Positions 37,890 through 46,402 of a DNA stretch of 54,294 bases are shown piece by piece. The first letter of the stretch is position 1, and each line of letters opens with the position of its first letter. The translations under genes and the position numbers were made by a program. Source of the stretch: a virus (lineage: Duplodnaviria; Caudoviricetes). The stretch is taken from positions 1 to 54,294 of the IMG/VR virus record IMGVR_UViG_3300020438_000053, one strand, 5' to 3'. Under the pieces are notes generated by a model. That model saw nothing but the letters and a program-made list of their open reading frames with translations. It did no database searches and had not been told where the DNA came from.

Positions 37890-37917
37890 CCACCTGAGCA
37901 CGTGGCTAAACTGCTCA
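37890..37917 (+). ncRNA. compact pseudoknot motif, copy 5, followed by a T-tract
   Basis: CCAC/GTGG (compensatory) plus TGAGCA/TGCTCA. Confidence 0.6.
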
Positions 37918-38114
37918 CCTTTTTTTAATCAGGGTCTATCGGCTAGCACACTATCATGCCTCGGTGCGGTCTTCGACCTCATGGTGCTTTGGTGCTTAAT
38001 ACAAATACATTTTAAATACAATTTCCATATTTCATATGTTAATATAATCAAGTACTTAGTGCTTGGTTCCTTTAAACGCCGACGGTGCAGGCTAAAGCAC
38101 CAACCTTCCAAACT

Positions 38115-38465
38115 ATGAAATTGAAAGCCTTAACTGCAAAGCAGATCACAGCTCGCAACCTCAAAGTTCAAAACATGGCGGTCTCCTCAGACTCAACCGC
38201 TGGTCTGGAATTCCTCAACCAGCTTACCGATGTTGCAAACATTGGGGGATGTCGTGCGGTTCTCAACAACCTCACACAATCCAACCGCCCAATGTTCGTG
38301 CTATACGGCGACGACGGTATTCCGTTCGCCAAGCACATCCCTTACCACGGCAAGCCAGCCGACGAGCTAGAGCAGGCATTCGGCAAGCTCGACGACCTCG
38401 TAATCGGTACGGTTTACGACGCGGTTGTCACAGGCGGGAGACTCCGTTCTCTCGTTGCTACCTGA
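38115..38465 (+). CDS. hypothetical protein
   Basis: ATG 38115; followed by a terminator. Confidence 0.65.
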   Translation: MKLKALTAKQITARNLKVQNMAVSSDSTAGLEFLNQLTDVANIGGCRAVLNNLTQSNRPMFVLYGDDGIPFAKHIPYHGKPADELEQAFGKLDDLVIGTVYDAVVTGGRLRSLVAT

Positions 38466-38488
38466 TCACTATCATCCACGGCTTCTCA

Positions 38489-38527
38489 GCTCGTCGGCTC
38501 CCTTGCGGAGTCCGGCGGGCTTTTTTT
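38489..38527 (+). terminator. intrinsic terminator
   Basis: GCTCGTCGG..TCC/GGA..CCGGCGGGC stem plus T7. Confidence 0.75.
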
Positions 38528-38539
38528 GCCGAGGGTCAG

Positions 38540-38582
<43 letters not shown>

Positions 38583-38686
38583 GTGCTTTGGTGCTCTGGT
38601 GCTCTCAAACTATCATACCAAAGCAAGAAGCAATTTCCGTATTTCATTCGGTAGTCACAAAATTCAACCTAATGGAGATACATACT

Positions 38687-38863
38687 ATGCTTGATGATGC
38701 CATCCTTCACCTACGCCTCATGATCCGCCTCAAACTGCGACCGGAAACACCAGAATTCGAATCAATGGCAAGAACCTTTCGCAAGACCTACAAGCCTTAC
38801 GTGCGAAAGCTTGCCAAGGCGGGCATGCGACGCCGAATGACTGTCTTCCTCGACAGCGTTTAA
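38687..38863 (+). CDS. small basic hypothetical protein
   Basis: GGAG 9 nt before ATG 38687; followed by a terminator. Confidence 0.5.
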   Translation: MLDDAILHLRLMIRLKLRPETPEFESMARTFRKTYKPYVRKLAKAGMRRRMTVFLDSV

Positions 38864-38874
38864 CCACGGAGGTA

Positions 38875-38901
38875 AGTCCCGCTTCGGCGGGCTCTCTTTT
38901 T
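38875..38901 (+). terminator. intrinsic terminator with cUUCGg loop
   Basis: CCCGC-TTCG-GCGGG then CTCTCTTTTT. Confidence 0.75.
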
Positions 38902-39257
38902 GATTCGGGTCTTGACAAACCTCTACTACGATACATATCGTGTGTCTTATAACCCTAGGGAAAGGGCAAATCCCGTCGACCCTCGACCCTTGACCCTCGT
39001 TTCGACACCCGTCGGTCAACGGTAGATGGTCTCAAGCCGGCGGTCACGCACCCTCTCCCTTCGCTGTCTCGTCGCTAAAGCGTCGACAGCTGGTTGCCTC
39101 GCCCTTGCCGAGGGTGCGTGACCTTAGATGCATCGGCTCGCCGACTATCATGCCTAGGCAGTAGCCTAGTGAGTCTAGCACTCCCCCACCCCCGCCACGG
39201 TACCTCTATCACTAACAATCGTACTAGACTACCAATCACAAGAAATAAGGAAACCCT

Positions 39258-39323
39258 TAGGGGGGTCTTTTATTTCTGGGACCACACAGAACAATAGGGG
39301 GGTCTTTTATTTCTGGGACCACA
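39258..39323. repeat. 29-bp perfect direct repeat upstream of terS
   Basis: TAGGGGGGTCTTTTATTTCTGGGACCACA at 39258 and 39295. Confidence 0.9.
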
Positions 39324-39363
39324 ACCGGTAGCAAGGGGGGTACCCTATAGATAAGGTTATTGG
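39320..39363 (+). promoter_or_regulatory. putative late promoter (CACAACCGGTAG + TAAGGT)
   Basis: Same box-to--10 spacing as the other copies; predicted start at 39364 with a short leader. Confidence 0.6.
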
Positions 39364-39389
39364 GAATAGGGAACCCATATTATAAAAAT

Positions 39390-39797
39390 ATGACTGTCAG
39401 AAAATCAGTAAAACGCCTTCGAGAAGACATCCATAAGTTCATAGCGGACGAGGACTTCGAAAACGCGATGCATGCCCTACGCGACGGCTTGCAAGCCACT
39501 TCAGTGGTTCGAAAAAACCGCGCAGACGGCCAACGTGGGGTAGAGTACGCCGAAAAAGCCGACCACACTACCCGATTACACTCCGCGCGACTATTACTAG
39601 AGTACGGATTTGGCAAACCAGCCACCCGACACGACATTTCCATCAACGACGAGACCCAAAAAACGGTGTCTCCAGCCGAAATTATGGCGAGATTGCGAAA
39701 TTCAGGCGCTCAGCTAACCGAAATTCTAGATGTTTACACCGAATCAGTACAAGAAGCTCAAATATCGCCTATAGCAGAGCTTGAAAATAGCGATTGA
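39390..39797 (+). CDS. putative terminase small subunit
   Basis: Helical; R..SA..LL.YGFGKP pattern; first gene of the block containing TerL. Confidence 0.55.
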   Translation: MTVRKSVKRLREDIHKFIADEDFENAMHALRDGLQATSVVRKNRADGQRGVEYAEKADHTTRLHSARLLLEYGFGKPATRHDISINDETQKTVSPAEIMARLRNSGAQLTEILDVYTESVQEAQISPIAELENSD

Positions 39798-39822
39798 CCC
39801 TTAATAATCAGAAAAAACACTT

Positions 39823-42036
39823 ATGAGTAAATACGACGACCTATTTAACAGACAAAAACAAGAGCGAAAAGCCGCCATGAACAATAGACAAGGGGCGGGG
39901 TCTATACGCGATCAAAACCGTTCCTGGTACAACGCCCCAAAAAAAAGAAAGGGCGAACAGCAGCCGCAGCAGCCGCAAAAACCTTTTTACCACCCCCCGG
40001 CGGCCCAAACCGCTGGCCTACTCCCCCAGACCGAAGACGATACGCCCACGATAACCCCTTACACCGGAGACCCTAGGGTAACCACACCCCCCGACGGCCA
40101 AACACCCCCGAGCTCAAGACCTGTACACAACGGCACTCCCCATGTGCCCAACCAGCAGGACCGGATGTCAAAAATGACCGCAACCCAGCGGAATGACCGC
40201 ATCCGCAATAACGGTAATCCGAGGGTCAACACTCCCGATCCGCTGTTAAATCAGAAAAGCAACCCTATTCCCGATTACAAAAAAACAAATCAGCAATTAA
40301 CGGATCAAACAGCGGAGCCCAAATGGAACAAAGGCGGGGAAACCGGGTACAACCCTAAGACGGGATCTATAGACCCCCTCTCTAATCGGGGAAAAAGTAT
40401 TCGAGGTGCTCGCGAGGGGTATTCTCCGGTTGTAGAATCCGTAAACGGCAAGCCCCGAATAACTGGGTGGAAGAAGAAAGACCAAGTAAAGCAGGAAGTT
40501 GGGCAGTACGGAACTCAAGATAACGCCCAAGGCGCCTCTTACGCCCCTGGTTTCAACGTTCATCAAGACGCCAGACGGCGTGCCTTGAAAAACATGCCTC
40601 AAACCGTAAAAAACCAAGACGGCTCGGTTGCCGGTATAGGATTTGCCGAAAGACAAAAACGTGAGACCGAAGCTCATTTGAACGCCCAGCAAGACACAAA
40701 AGACGGTGTCGTGTTACCGCAGAGGCAAGGCGCGGCCGGAGCCACAGGAAAGCATGGACCTTTCGGTGGTGCTGGTGGCACAAGTCCCCAGAACAATCCT
40801 TTTGATGCCCCGCAGAATATTCGCCACAAAGACCCGAACAACCGCCCGGGATTTCGCTCCAGACCTATTCAGCCCGGTATGAACAACAAGACATCCGGAA
40901 ACTTTGATTTAGAGCGTCAAAAGCGACTAGCGGCCGCAGGCCGTCTACCGTACGCCGTAGGCACTAAGTCACCCTATCAATATAAAGACGAAAGCGACGA
41001 AGATTACGATGCTCGCGGCGGCACTGGCAACTTCGGTAAGCCTGAAGCGGACTATGCTCAGCCAGGCACCCCAGCTGCGGGTGGCGGTGTCCAGCCCGAT
41101 GATTACGAAGTGGACGACGGCCCGTTACCTGATCACGAGCTTGCCGCAGCCGATGTAGCGGCGGGCCGAACCCCAGGGGCACCCTCATTCCCAGGAGCCT
41201 CGGAAGATCCCGGAAGTAGAAACCCTCAAGATTATCCTTTAGAGAACCCCGACATCGAAAGAGAAGAGCTGCTTAACAGTAATCCAGTTGGAGAAGGAGT
41301 ACCGGCTCAAGGGGCTCAAGAACCTTTTAATCCTGTTGCTACGGATTCTTCAGCGGTTGGTTGGAATTCCGGCGGAAATATGACTTCAGGTCAACAGCAA
41401 GACCTCAAAGCTCAAATGATGGATGCCGAAAGAGAAGAGCTGCTTAACAGTAACATAGTTGGAGAAGGAGTACCGGCTCAAGGGGCTCAAGAACCTTTTA
41501 ATCCTGTTGCTACGGATTCTTCAGCGGTTGGTTGGAATCCCGGCGGAAATATGACTTCAGGTCAACAGCAAGACCTCAAGGCTCAAATGATGGATGCCGA
41601 AAGAGAAGACATGCTTAATAGTAATCCAGTTGGAGAAGGGGTGCCCGATCAAGGAGCTCAAGACCTCAAGGCTCAAATGATGGATGCCGAAAGAGAAGAC
41701 ATGCTTAACAGTAACATTGTTGGAGAAGGGGCGCCCGATCAAGGAGCTCAAAACTTCGCACCCAACAACGATCGAGGCGCTCGCGGAAGGAACTACGCAC
41801 CTAACCAAACAGGGCGAGACCCCCGCGAAGATTACTTCCAAGACGATCCCGTAGAAGGAGTGCCCGATCAAGGAGCTCAAGACGAGGGCTACGAGGTTGA
41901 TGAAGACATCACGGATCCGGACTATGACGATGGATACGGCGAGCAAGTCGGCCCTGCTTTTGGCGAAGACGAAGAGGAATGGTACAAACGCAGAAGAGCC
42001 GAAAACTTGTACCGATCCGAAGCCTGGGAGCAATAA
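39823..42036 (+). CDS. low-complexity Q/P/G/N-rich protein with acidic repeats (putative internal virion protein)
   Basis: 737 aa; disordered; basic N-half and acidic C-half. Confidence 0.6.
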   Translation: MSKYDDLFNRQKQERKAAMNNRQGAGSIRDQNRSWYNAPKKRKGEQQPQQPQKPFYHPPAAQTAGLLPQTEDDTPTITPYTGDPRVTTPPDGQTPPSSRPVHNGTPHVPNQQDRMSKMTATQRNDRIRNNGNPRVNTPDPLLNQKSNPIPDYKKTNQQLTDQTAEPKWNKGGETGYNPKTGSIDPLSNRGKSIRGAREGYSPVVESVNGKPRITGWKKKDQVKQEVGQYGTQDNAQGASYAPGFNVHQDARRRALKNMPQTVKNQDGSVAGIGFAERQKRETEAHLNAQQDTKDGVVLPQRQGAAGATGKHGPFGGAGGTSPQNNPFDAPQNIRHKDPNNRPGFRSRPIQPGMNNKTSGNFDLERQKRLAAAGRLPYAVGTKSPYQYKDESDEDYDARGGTGNFGKPEADYAQPGTPAAGGGVQPDDYEVDDGPLPDHELAAADVAAGRTPGAPSFPGASEDPGSRNPQDYPLENPDIEREELLNSNPVGEGVPAQGAQEPFNPVATDSSAVGWNSGGNMTSGQQQDLKAQMMDAEREELLNSNIVGEGVPAQGAQEPFNPVATDSSAVGWNPGGNMTSGQQQDLKAQMMDAEREDMLNSNPVGEGVPDQGAQDLKAQMMDAEREDMLNSNIVGEGAPDQGAQNFAPNNDRGARGRNYAPNQTGRDPREDYFQDDPVEGVPDQGAQDEGYEVDEDITDPDYDDGYGEQVGPAFGEDEEEWYKRRRAENLYRSEAWEQ
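41257..41751 (+). repeat. intragenic 171-bp (57 aa) tandem repeats plus shorter copies
   Basis: Units start at 41257, 41428, 41599 and 41689. Confidence 0.9.
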
Positions 42037-42072
42037 ACAGTACTACGGAACTGAAAACCACCCAAACAAACG

Positions 42073-42270
42073 ATGAAACCAAAAAATCAAAACAGAGACG
42101 ATTCAGCCCACCAATTTGCAAACGAGTTAATGTCAGTATTTATTCGCTGGTACGAAGAGTCGGATTTAGACGACGAAGAAATGGCAGTGGCAGCTGGTCA
42201 GGTAATTGATCAATTTTGTGGAACCGAGGTAGATTTTGATTCAGAAATCCCTTTTGACGAGGAAGACTAA
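42073..42270 (+). CDS. small acidic hypothetical protein
   Basis: 65 aa. Confidence 0.6.
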   Translation: MKPKNQNRDDSAHQFANELMSVFIRWYEESDLDDEEMAVAAGQVIDQFCGTEVDFDSEIPFDEED

Positions 42271-42275
42271 AAACC

Positions 42276-42587
42276 ATGGATAAATCACTAGAAAAAAACA
42301 AACGAAAAGAGACTAAACGATACGCTCGCAGGAGCGCTAAAATGTCCGAAAAGGCGGAATCTATCAATGCCGACGAAGGTATGGAAGCCGCTCAACGTTT
42401 TTTAAGGAAAAAAGCCAAAAAGTTTGCTTCTAAAGAGACCCCCAGCGAGCGAAAAGCTGCTGAAGCACGAGGCGCTGAGACTAAAAGCGAGCGTATCGCA
42501 GCTGAAGTCGAATCAGGAAAACGTAAAATTGGGGGAAAGAAGAAGAAGAAAAAATTCGGTACAGGCAACCACCCCAGGAATAAGTAA
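42276..42587 (+). CDS. basic hypothetical protein
   Basis: 103 aa, K/R/E-rich. Confidence 0.6.
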   Translation: MDKSLEKNKRKETKRYARRSAKMSEKAESINADEGMEAAQRFLRKKAKKFASKETPSERKAAEARGAETKSERIAAEVESGKRKIGGKKKKKKFGTGNHPRNK

Positions 42588-42685
42588 TGTGGGATTTAGA
42601 CACAATTAAGAAGATAAACACGGGCGTGGAAGTCCGTAAACGCGCAAAAATTGCCCGAGCTTTGAACAAAGGTCAATCAAAGTGA
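42587..42685 (+). CDS. 32-aa basic peptide
   Basis: MWDLDTIKKINTGVEVRKRAKIARALNKGQSK; coupled on both sides. Confidence 0.45.
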   Translation: MWDLDTIKKINTGVEVRKRAKIARALNKGQSK

Positions 42686-43206
42686 ATATAATGGACGAGC
42701 CTACGATACATGTCACCCACAGGCTCATTGCGGAAGAAATACGAGATTGGTCTGAAAAGGTACTGGAAGTGCCTAGTGATGAATTCAACGGATTACCCCC
42801 CTGCCCGTATGCAAAAAAAGCATGGATGCAGAATAAAGTTAGAATGCACGTAACAGCAGGGATAAGTGACTGCATACAAATAAAAAAGGAATGCCCCGAT
42901 GATGATTCAGTGGATGTCGTGGCTTGGACGGATTACAAAAAGATGTCGGCAGAGAAGTTTGACCAGTGGTTGGATAATCTGAACGAAAGTCACAATGGCA
43001 TATGGGCTATAGGGTTTCACCCGGACCACCCGGCAGACGAATCGCTTGAGGAATTTGAGGGCAATGGCGCTCCCGAATATGCGCTAATTCTAATACAGTC
43101 GCTTAAACACCTGTCAAAATCATCAAAATCTATTTTCAACCGCGGTTACTACCGTAACTACACAAAACCAGACATTAACCATATAAAAGAAAGAAACTCA
43201 TCATGA
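42682..43206 (+). CDS. DUF1415-like protein
   Basis: W...VLE...GLPPCPYAK...GFHPD. Confidence 0.6.
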   Translation: MNIMDEPTIHVTHRLIAEEIRDWSEKVLEVPSDEFNGLPPCPYAKKAWMQNKVRMHVTAGISDCIQIKKECPDDDSVDVVAWTDYKKMSAEKFDQWLDNLNESHNGIWAIGFHPDHPADESLEEFEGNGAPEYALILIQSLKHLSKSSKSIFNRGYYRNYTKPDINHIKERNSS

Positions 43207-43307
43207 GAGGAAGAAAAGGAATGAAGAAAAAACCTATGGCTAAGGGCCGTAAAGTAATGAAAAGCCGTATGCTTAAAAAAAATCGGGCAGGAAAAAGTAA
43301 ACGCTAA
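43203..43307 (+). CDS. 34-aa protamine-like basic peptide
   Basis: MRGRKGMKKKPMAKGRKVMKSRMLKKNRAGKSKR. Confidence 0.55.
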   Translation: MRGRKGMKKKPMAKGRKVMKSRMLKKNRAGKSKR

Positions 43308-43312
43308 TTCCG

Positions 43313-43585
43313 ATGGCGGTTAAAAGAAAGCCGAGTAAGCGAATCCCTAAAACCACCAAGGGCAAGGGTGCGAACTACCGCACCGCAAAAGCGGGTGCCG
43401 GTATGACTAAAAAGGGTGTAGCTGCGTATCGAAGAGCTAACCCCGGGTCTAAGCTCAAAACGGCGGTCACGGGCAAGGTCAAAAAAGGTAGCAAAGCAGC
43501 CAAACGTAGAAAAGCATTCTGCTCACGATCCAAAAGTTGGAAGGGTGAGCGGGGTAAAGCCGCTCGAAGACGTTGGAAGTGCTGA
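43313..43585 (+). CDS. conserved basic phage protein
   Basis: GAGMT.KGV..YRR.NPGSKLK...RRK.FC.RS...RRRWKC. Confidence 0.75.
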   Translation: MAVKRKPSKRIPKTTKGKGANYRTAKAGAGMTKKGVAAYRRANPGSKLKTAVTGKVKKGSKAAKRRKAFCSRSKSWKGERGKAARRRWKC

Positions 43586-44625
43586 TGACCGACCAAGAAT
43601 ACGAGCTAGAGCCTTTCGGATACGACGAAACGTCGTCCAGCTCCCGCGCGTACACCCCGCCGCCACCCGTGCCGTCCCTATTGGACCAAGCAGGCAAGAA
43701 GTATCGCAAGGGGTTTAATTACCAACCACCCTTGGGGAAGTATAGTCGCAACTACCCGGGCCCCACGACTTTGGACGAAGCGGGAAAAACCTTGAAGGAC
43801 CTTGCGGTACATACCGCAAGACCTCAAGTGGGGAGGGCGATGACCAATTTAATAGATCCCGAAAGCGGTTATTACAACTATAAGGATTTAATGAAAAACA
43901 TCGGTGAAATAGGCATCCCAAATGCCGCATGGTCGGTTTATGCGGATCAGCCTATCTACCCGGTGGCTACGCCTGAACAGGTAGCTGAATTCCCTCAAGA
44001 GTACGGAGCGCAGAAATTGTGGCGGGAAGGTTTTGATTTACCGGACAGGCCCGGCCACGAGTCCGTAAACAAAGCCTTATGGAGCCGTGTACCAGGTAAA
44101 CATAAGACATTCACCCCCAATTTGAACGAAGCCCCCGGAAAATTATATTCTCATCATATTAATCATTCTCTAGCCCGAGAAATGGACGAGAACTCTAGGG
44201 TTAACCCTAGCACCCCTGTATACACCCCGACACTAGGACAAATGTATATGTCACAAGATTCTAAAGATCAAGGGGGTCGCGTGCACACTCAAGACACCTT
44301 TGACATAATTTCGGGAGATGAGACTGTGGATAAAAAACCCCACGTACGGATGCACGGGCTTGGTCACGACTATCTTGAGGAACCTAGAGAAGGCTTACTC
44401 GAACGCGGGCTGTTTAAACTTAGACAGGGGGTGAACAACCTTATGGATCCCGCTAAAGTAGAATATTCCGTGGATCCGCAAACACTGAAACAGTATACGC
44501 GGCCGAAAGAAACCCCCGATAACCCATACGATTCGGATTGGAAACCCCCTTACAAAAGGTACTCCCCCGACTACACCATCAAAAAAGGCCCCCTTAAATC
44601 GTACCCCTTCCCTCTTTCGCGATGA
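43585..44625 (+). CDS. hypothetical protein
   Basis: About 346 aa; coupled to terL. Confidence 0.6.
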   Translation: MTDQEYELEPFGYDETSSSSRAYTPPPPVPSLLDQAGKKYRKGFNYQPPLGKYSRNYPGPTTLDEAGKTLKDLAVHTARPQVGRAMTNLIDPESGYYNYKDLMKNIGEIGIPNAAWSVYADQPIYPVATPEQVAEFPQEYGAQKLWREGFDLPDRPGHESVNKALWSRVPGKHKTFTPNLNEAPGKLYSHHINHSLAREMDENSRVNPSTPVYTPTLGQMYMSQDSKDQGGRVHTQDTFDIISGDETVDKKPHVRMHGLGHDYLEEPREGLLERGLFKLRQGVNNLMDPAKVEYSVDPQTLKQYTRPKETPDNPYDSDWKPPYKRYSPDYTIKKGPLKSYPFPLSR

Positions 44626-46373
44626 CGGACAAAGACCAGCAATTGGCTGACTTGATTCGGGTCGACCCCGAGGTTTGGTTTAGCACGTTTGCGATGATTA
44701 AAGACAAGCGTGGCCGAAACATAAAGCCTGAACCTAATGTTTTACAGAGAAAGATGTTTGCTCACTATCGCGAATGTCAGTTAGAGCAAAAACCGTGTAA
44801 AATGATCATTTTGAAGCCCCGCCAGAAGGGTGCTTCCACATGCGCGCAGGCGTTGACTTACCATCATATGCGTAAGCATGAGAACCTAAGCGGCTCTTTG
44901 ATGGGCGATATAGCCGGAACATCGGACAAAGTGTTCGAGATATACCGTCGATATGCGGAAAACGACATGTTTCCTTGGGACGAGACCGGAGTAAACTTGG
45001 AAGACGGAGGAAACTTAGCGGATTTGATCAAATTGTCCAGTTCAAGCGCCTACGGCAAGGAGACCGCAGGATCTAAGAATGCGGGTAGATCCGGCACGAT
45101 TCAGGTTGGTAACATGACTGAGGTGGCTTTTTGGCCATTGGGCGGGGAAAGAGACCCTGCACTGGGGTATTTGCAGTCTTTGTACGACGGAGACAACGTT
45201 TCTCTCGTTGTTGCCGACTCCACGCCCAACGGGCCCGCCGGTTGGTTTTACCGAACATGGGTGCAAGACAACGAATGGGCGAAGATATTTGCGGCGTGGT
45301 TCGAGTTCGAGGACTCGGTGATACCTTTTAAGAACAAAAAAGAACTGCAGGAATTTAAAGACACGATGTCCGACGACGAAAAGTCGGAGTTGGAGCGGTT
45401 TGACGTGACGTATGAGAACCTCCACTGGCGTCGCAGAGTGCTACAAGACAAATGTAACGGTGACGTAAGTAAGTTTCGCCAGGAATATCCGAGCGATCCC
45501 GAAGAATGTTTCCTCATGTCGAGCCGTCCAAGGTTTCATATGGAAAGTTTGAACGACATGGTTAAGCACTCTAAGTCCCAGGATTACCAAATTGGCGTAA
45601 TGTCGGTGCAGGAGGGGAACAAAGGGTCTTTTAGAAAGGATTTAGGTGGAAACTGGAGAGTGTATGACGAACCGGAACACGACTCGAAGTACTTAATATC
45701 GGTAGACACGTGTACGGGCGAAGACCAACAGATGCAGGGTTTGGCCGCCGACCCCGATTTTCACAGTGTGCAGGTATGGCGAGCTCCTTTCGAGGATTGG
45801 CACGGTGACTGGCACGTCGCTAGGCTGGTAGCCGTGCATCATTCTCGGCTAGATATCGGGGTTTTGGCGCAGGAGGTTGAAGGAGCTGCGCGTTGGTACG
45901 GTGGCGCATTCATCGTCCCCGAGGTTAACAACAGCGGATTAGCCTTGTTGAAGTATTTATTGGAGATGGGTTTGAGCGTATACCGCCGGAGAAAGGTCAA
46001 CGACTCCAGCGGAATGGTCGAAAAGAGTTTCGGATGGTCTACGGACAAGATAACCCGAAAGACGGTAATCGACCACATGGCTGCGGAATTAATGGAAGGA
46101 AATTTTGATATACCCGACAAGGATATCTTGCATGAGATGAAGGTTTTCGTGGTAAATGACCGGGGAAAGCCTACAGCGGCTCCCGGTCACCACGACGACC
46201 ACGTACTTGCCGCCGCCATTGCGTTATACAATTTGGATTTAGCTTCTACATACAGACTACCCAAGAAAAAGAAGCTCTCCACACGCATGCTTCGAAAGAA
46301 CCCCGGTCTTTTGTGCCCTGATGGATTTATGCGGTTACCGCTAGCCCAAATGAGGGCGCACAAGCGGTTGTAG
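44622..46373 (+). CDS. terL: terminase large subunit
   Basis: ILKPRQKGAST (Walker A), TEVAFW, DSTPNG, FRQEYP, nuclease ISVD, E.NNSG, HDDHV. Confidence 0.92.
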   Translation: MTDKDQQLADLIRVDPEVWFSTFAMIKDKRGRNIKPEPNVLQRKMFAHYRECQLEQKPCKMIILKPRQKGASTCAQALTYHHMRKHENLSGSLMGDIAGTSDKVFEIYRRYAENDMFPWDETGVNLEDGGNLADLIKLSSSSAYGKETAGSKNAGRSGTIQVGNMTEVAFWPLGGERDPALGYLQSLYDGDNVSLVVADSTPNGPAGWFYRTWVQDNEWAKIFAAWFEFEDSVIPFKNKKELQEFKDTMSDDEKSELERFDVTYENLHWRRRVLQDKCNGDVSKFRQEYPSDPEECFLMSSRPRFHMESLNDMVKHSKSQDYQIGVMSVQEGNKGSFRKDLGGNWRVYDEPEHDSKYLISVDTCTGEDQQMQGLAADPDFHSVQVWRAPFEDWHGDWHVARLVAVHHSRLDIGVLAQEVEGAARWYGGAFIVPEVNNSGLALLKYLLEMGLSVYRRRKVNDSSGMVEKSFGWSTDKITRKTVIDHMAAELMEGNFDIPDKDILHEMKVFVVNDRGKPTAAPGHHDDHVLAAAIALYNLDLASTYRLPKKKKLSTRMLRKNPGLLCPDGFMRLPLAQMRAHKRL

Positions 46374-46402
46374 CCGCAATTAACTATAACTAAGGTATCT
46401 AT
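46359..46402 (+). promoter_or_regulatory. putative late promoter (CACAAGCGGTTG + TAAGGT), leaderless
   Basis: Box 44 nt before ATG 46403. Confidence 0.65.
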
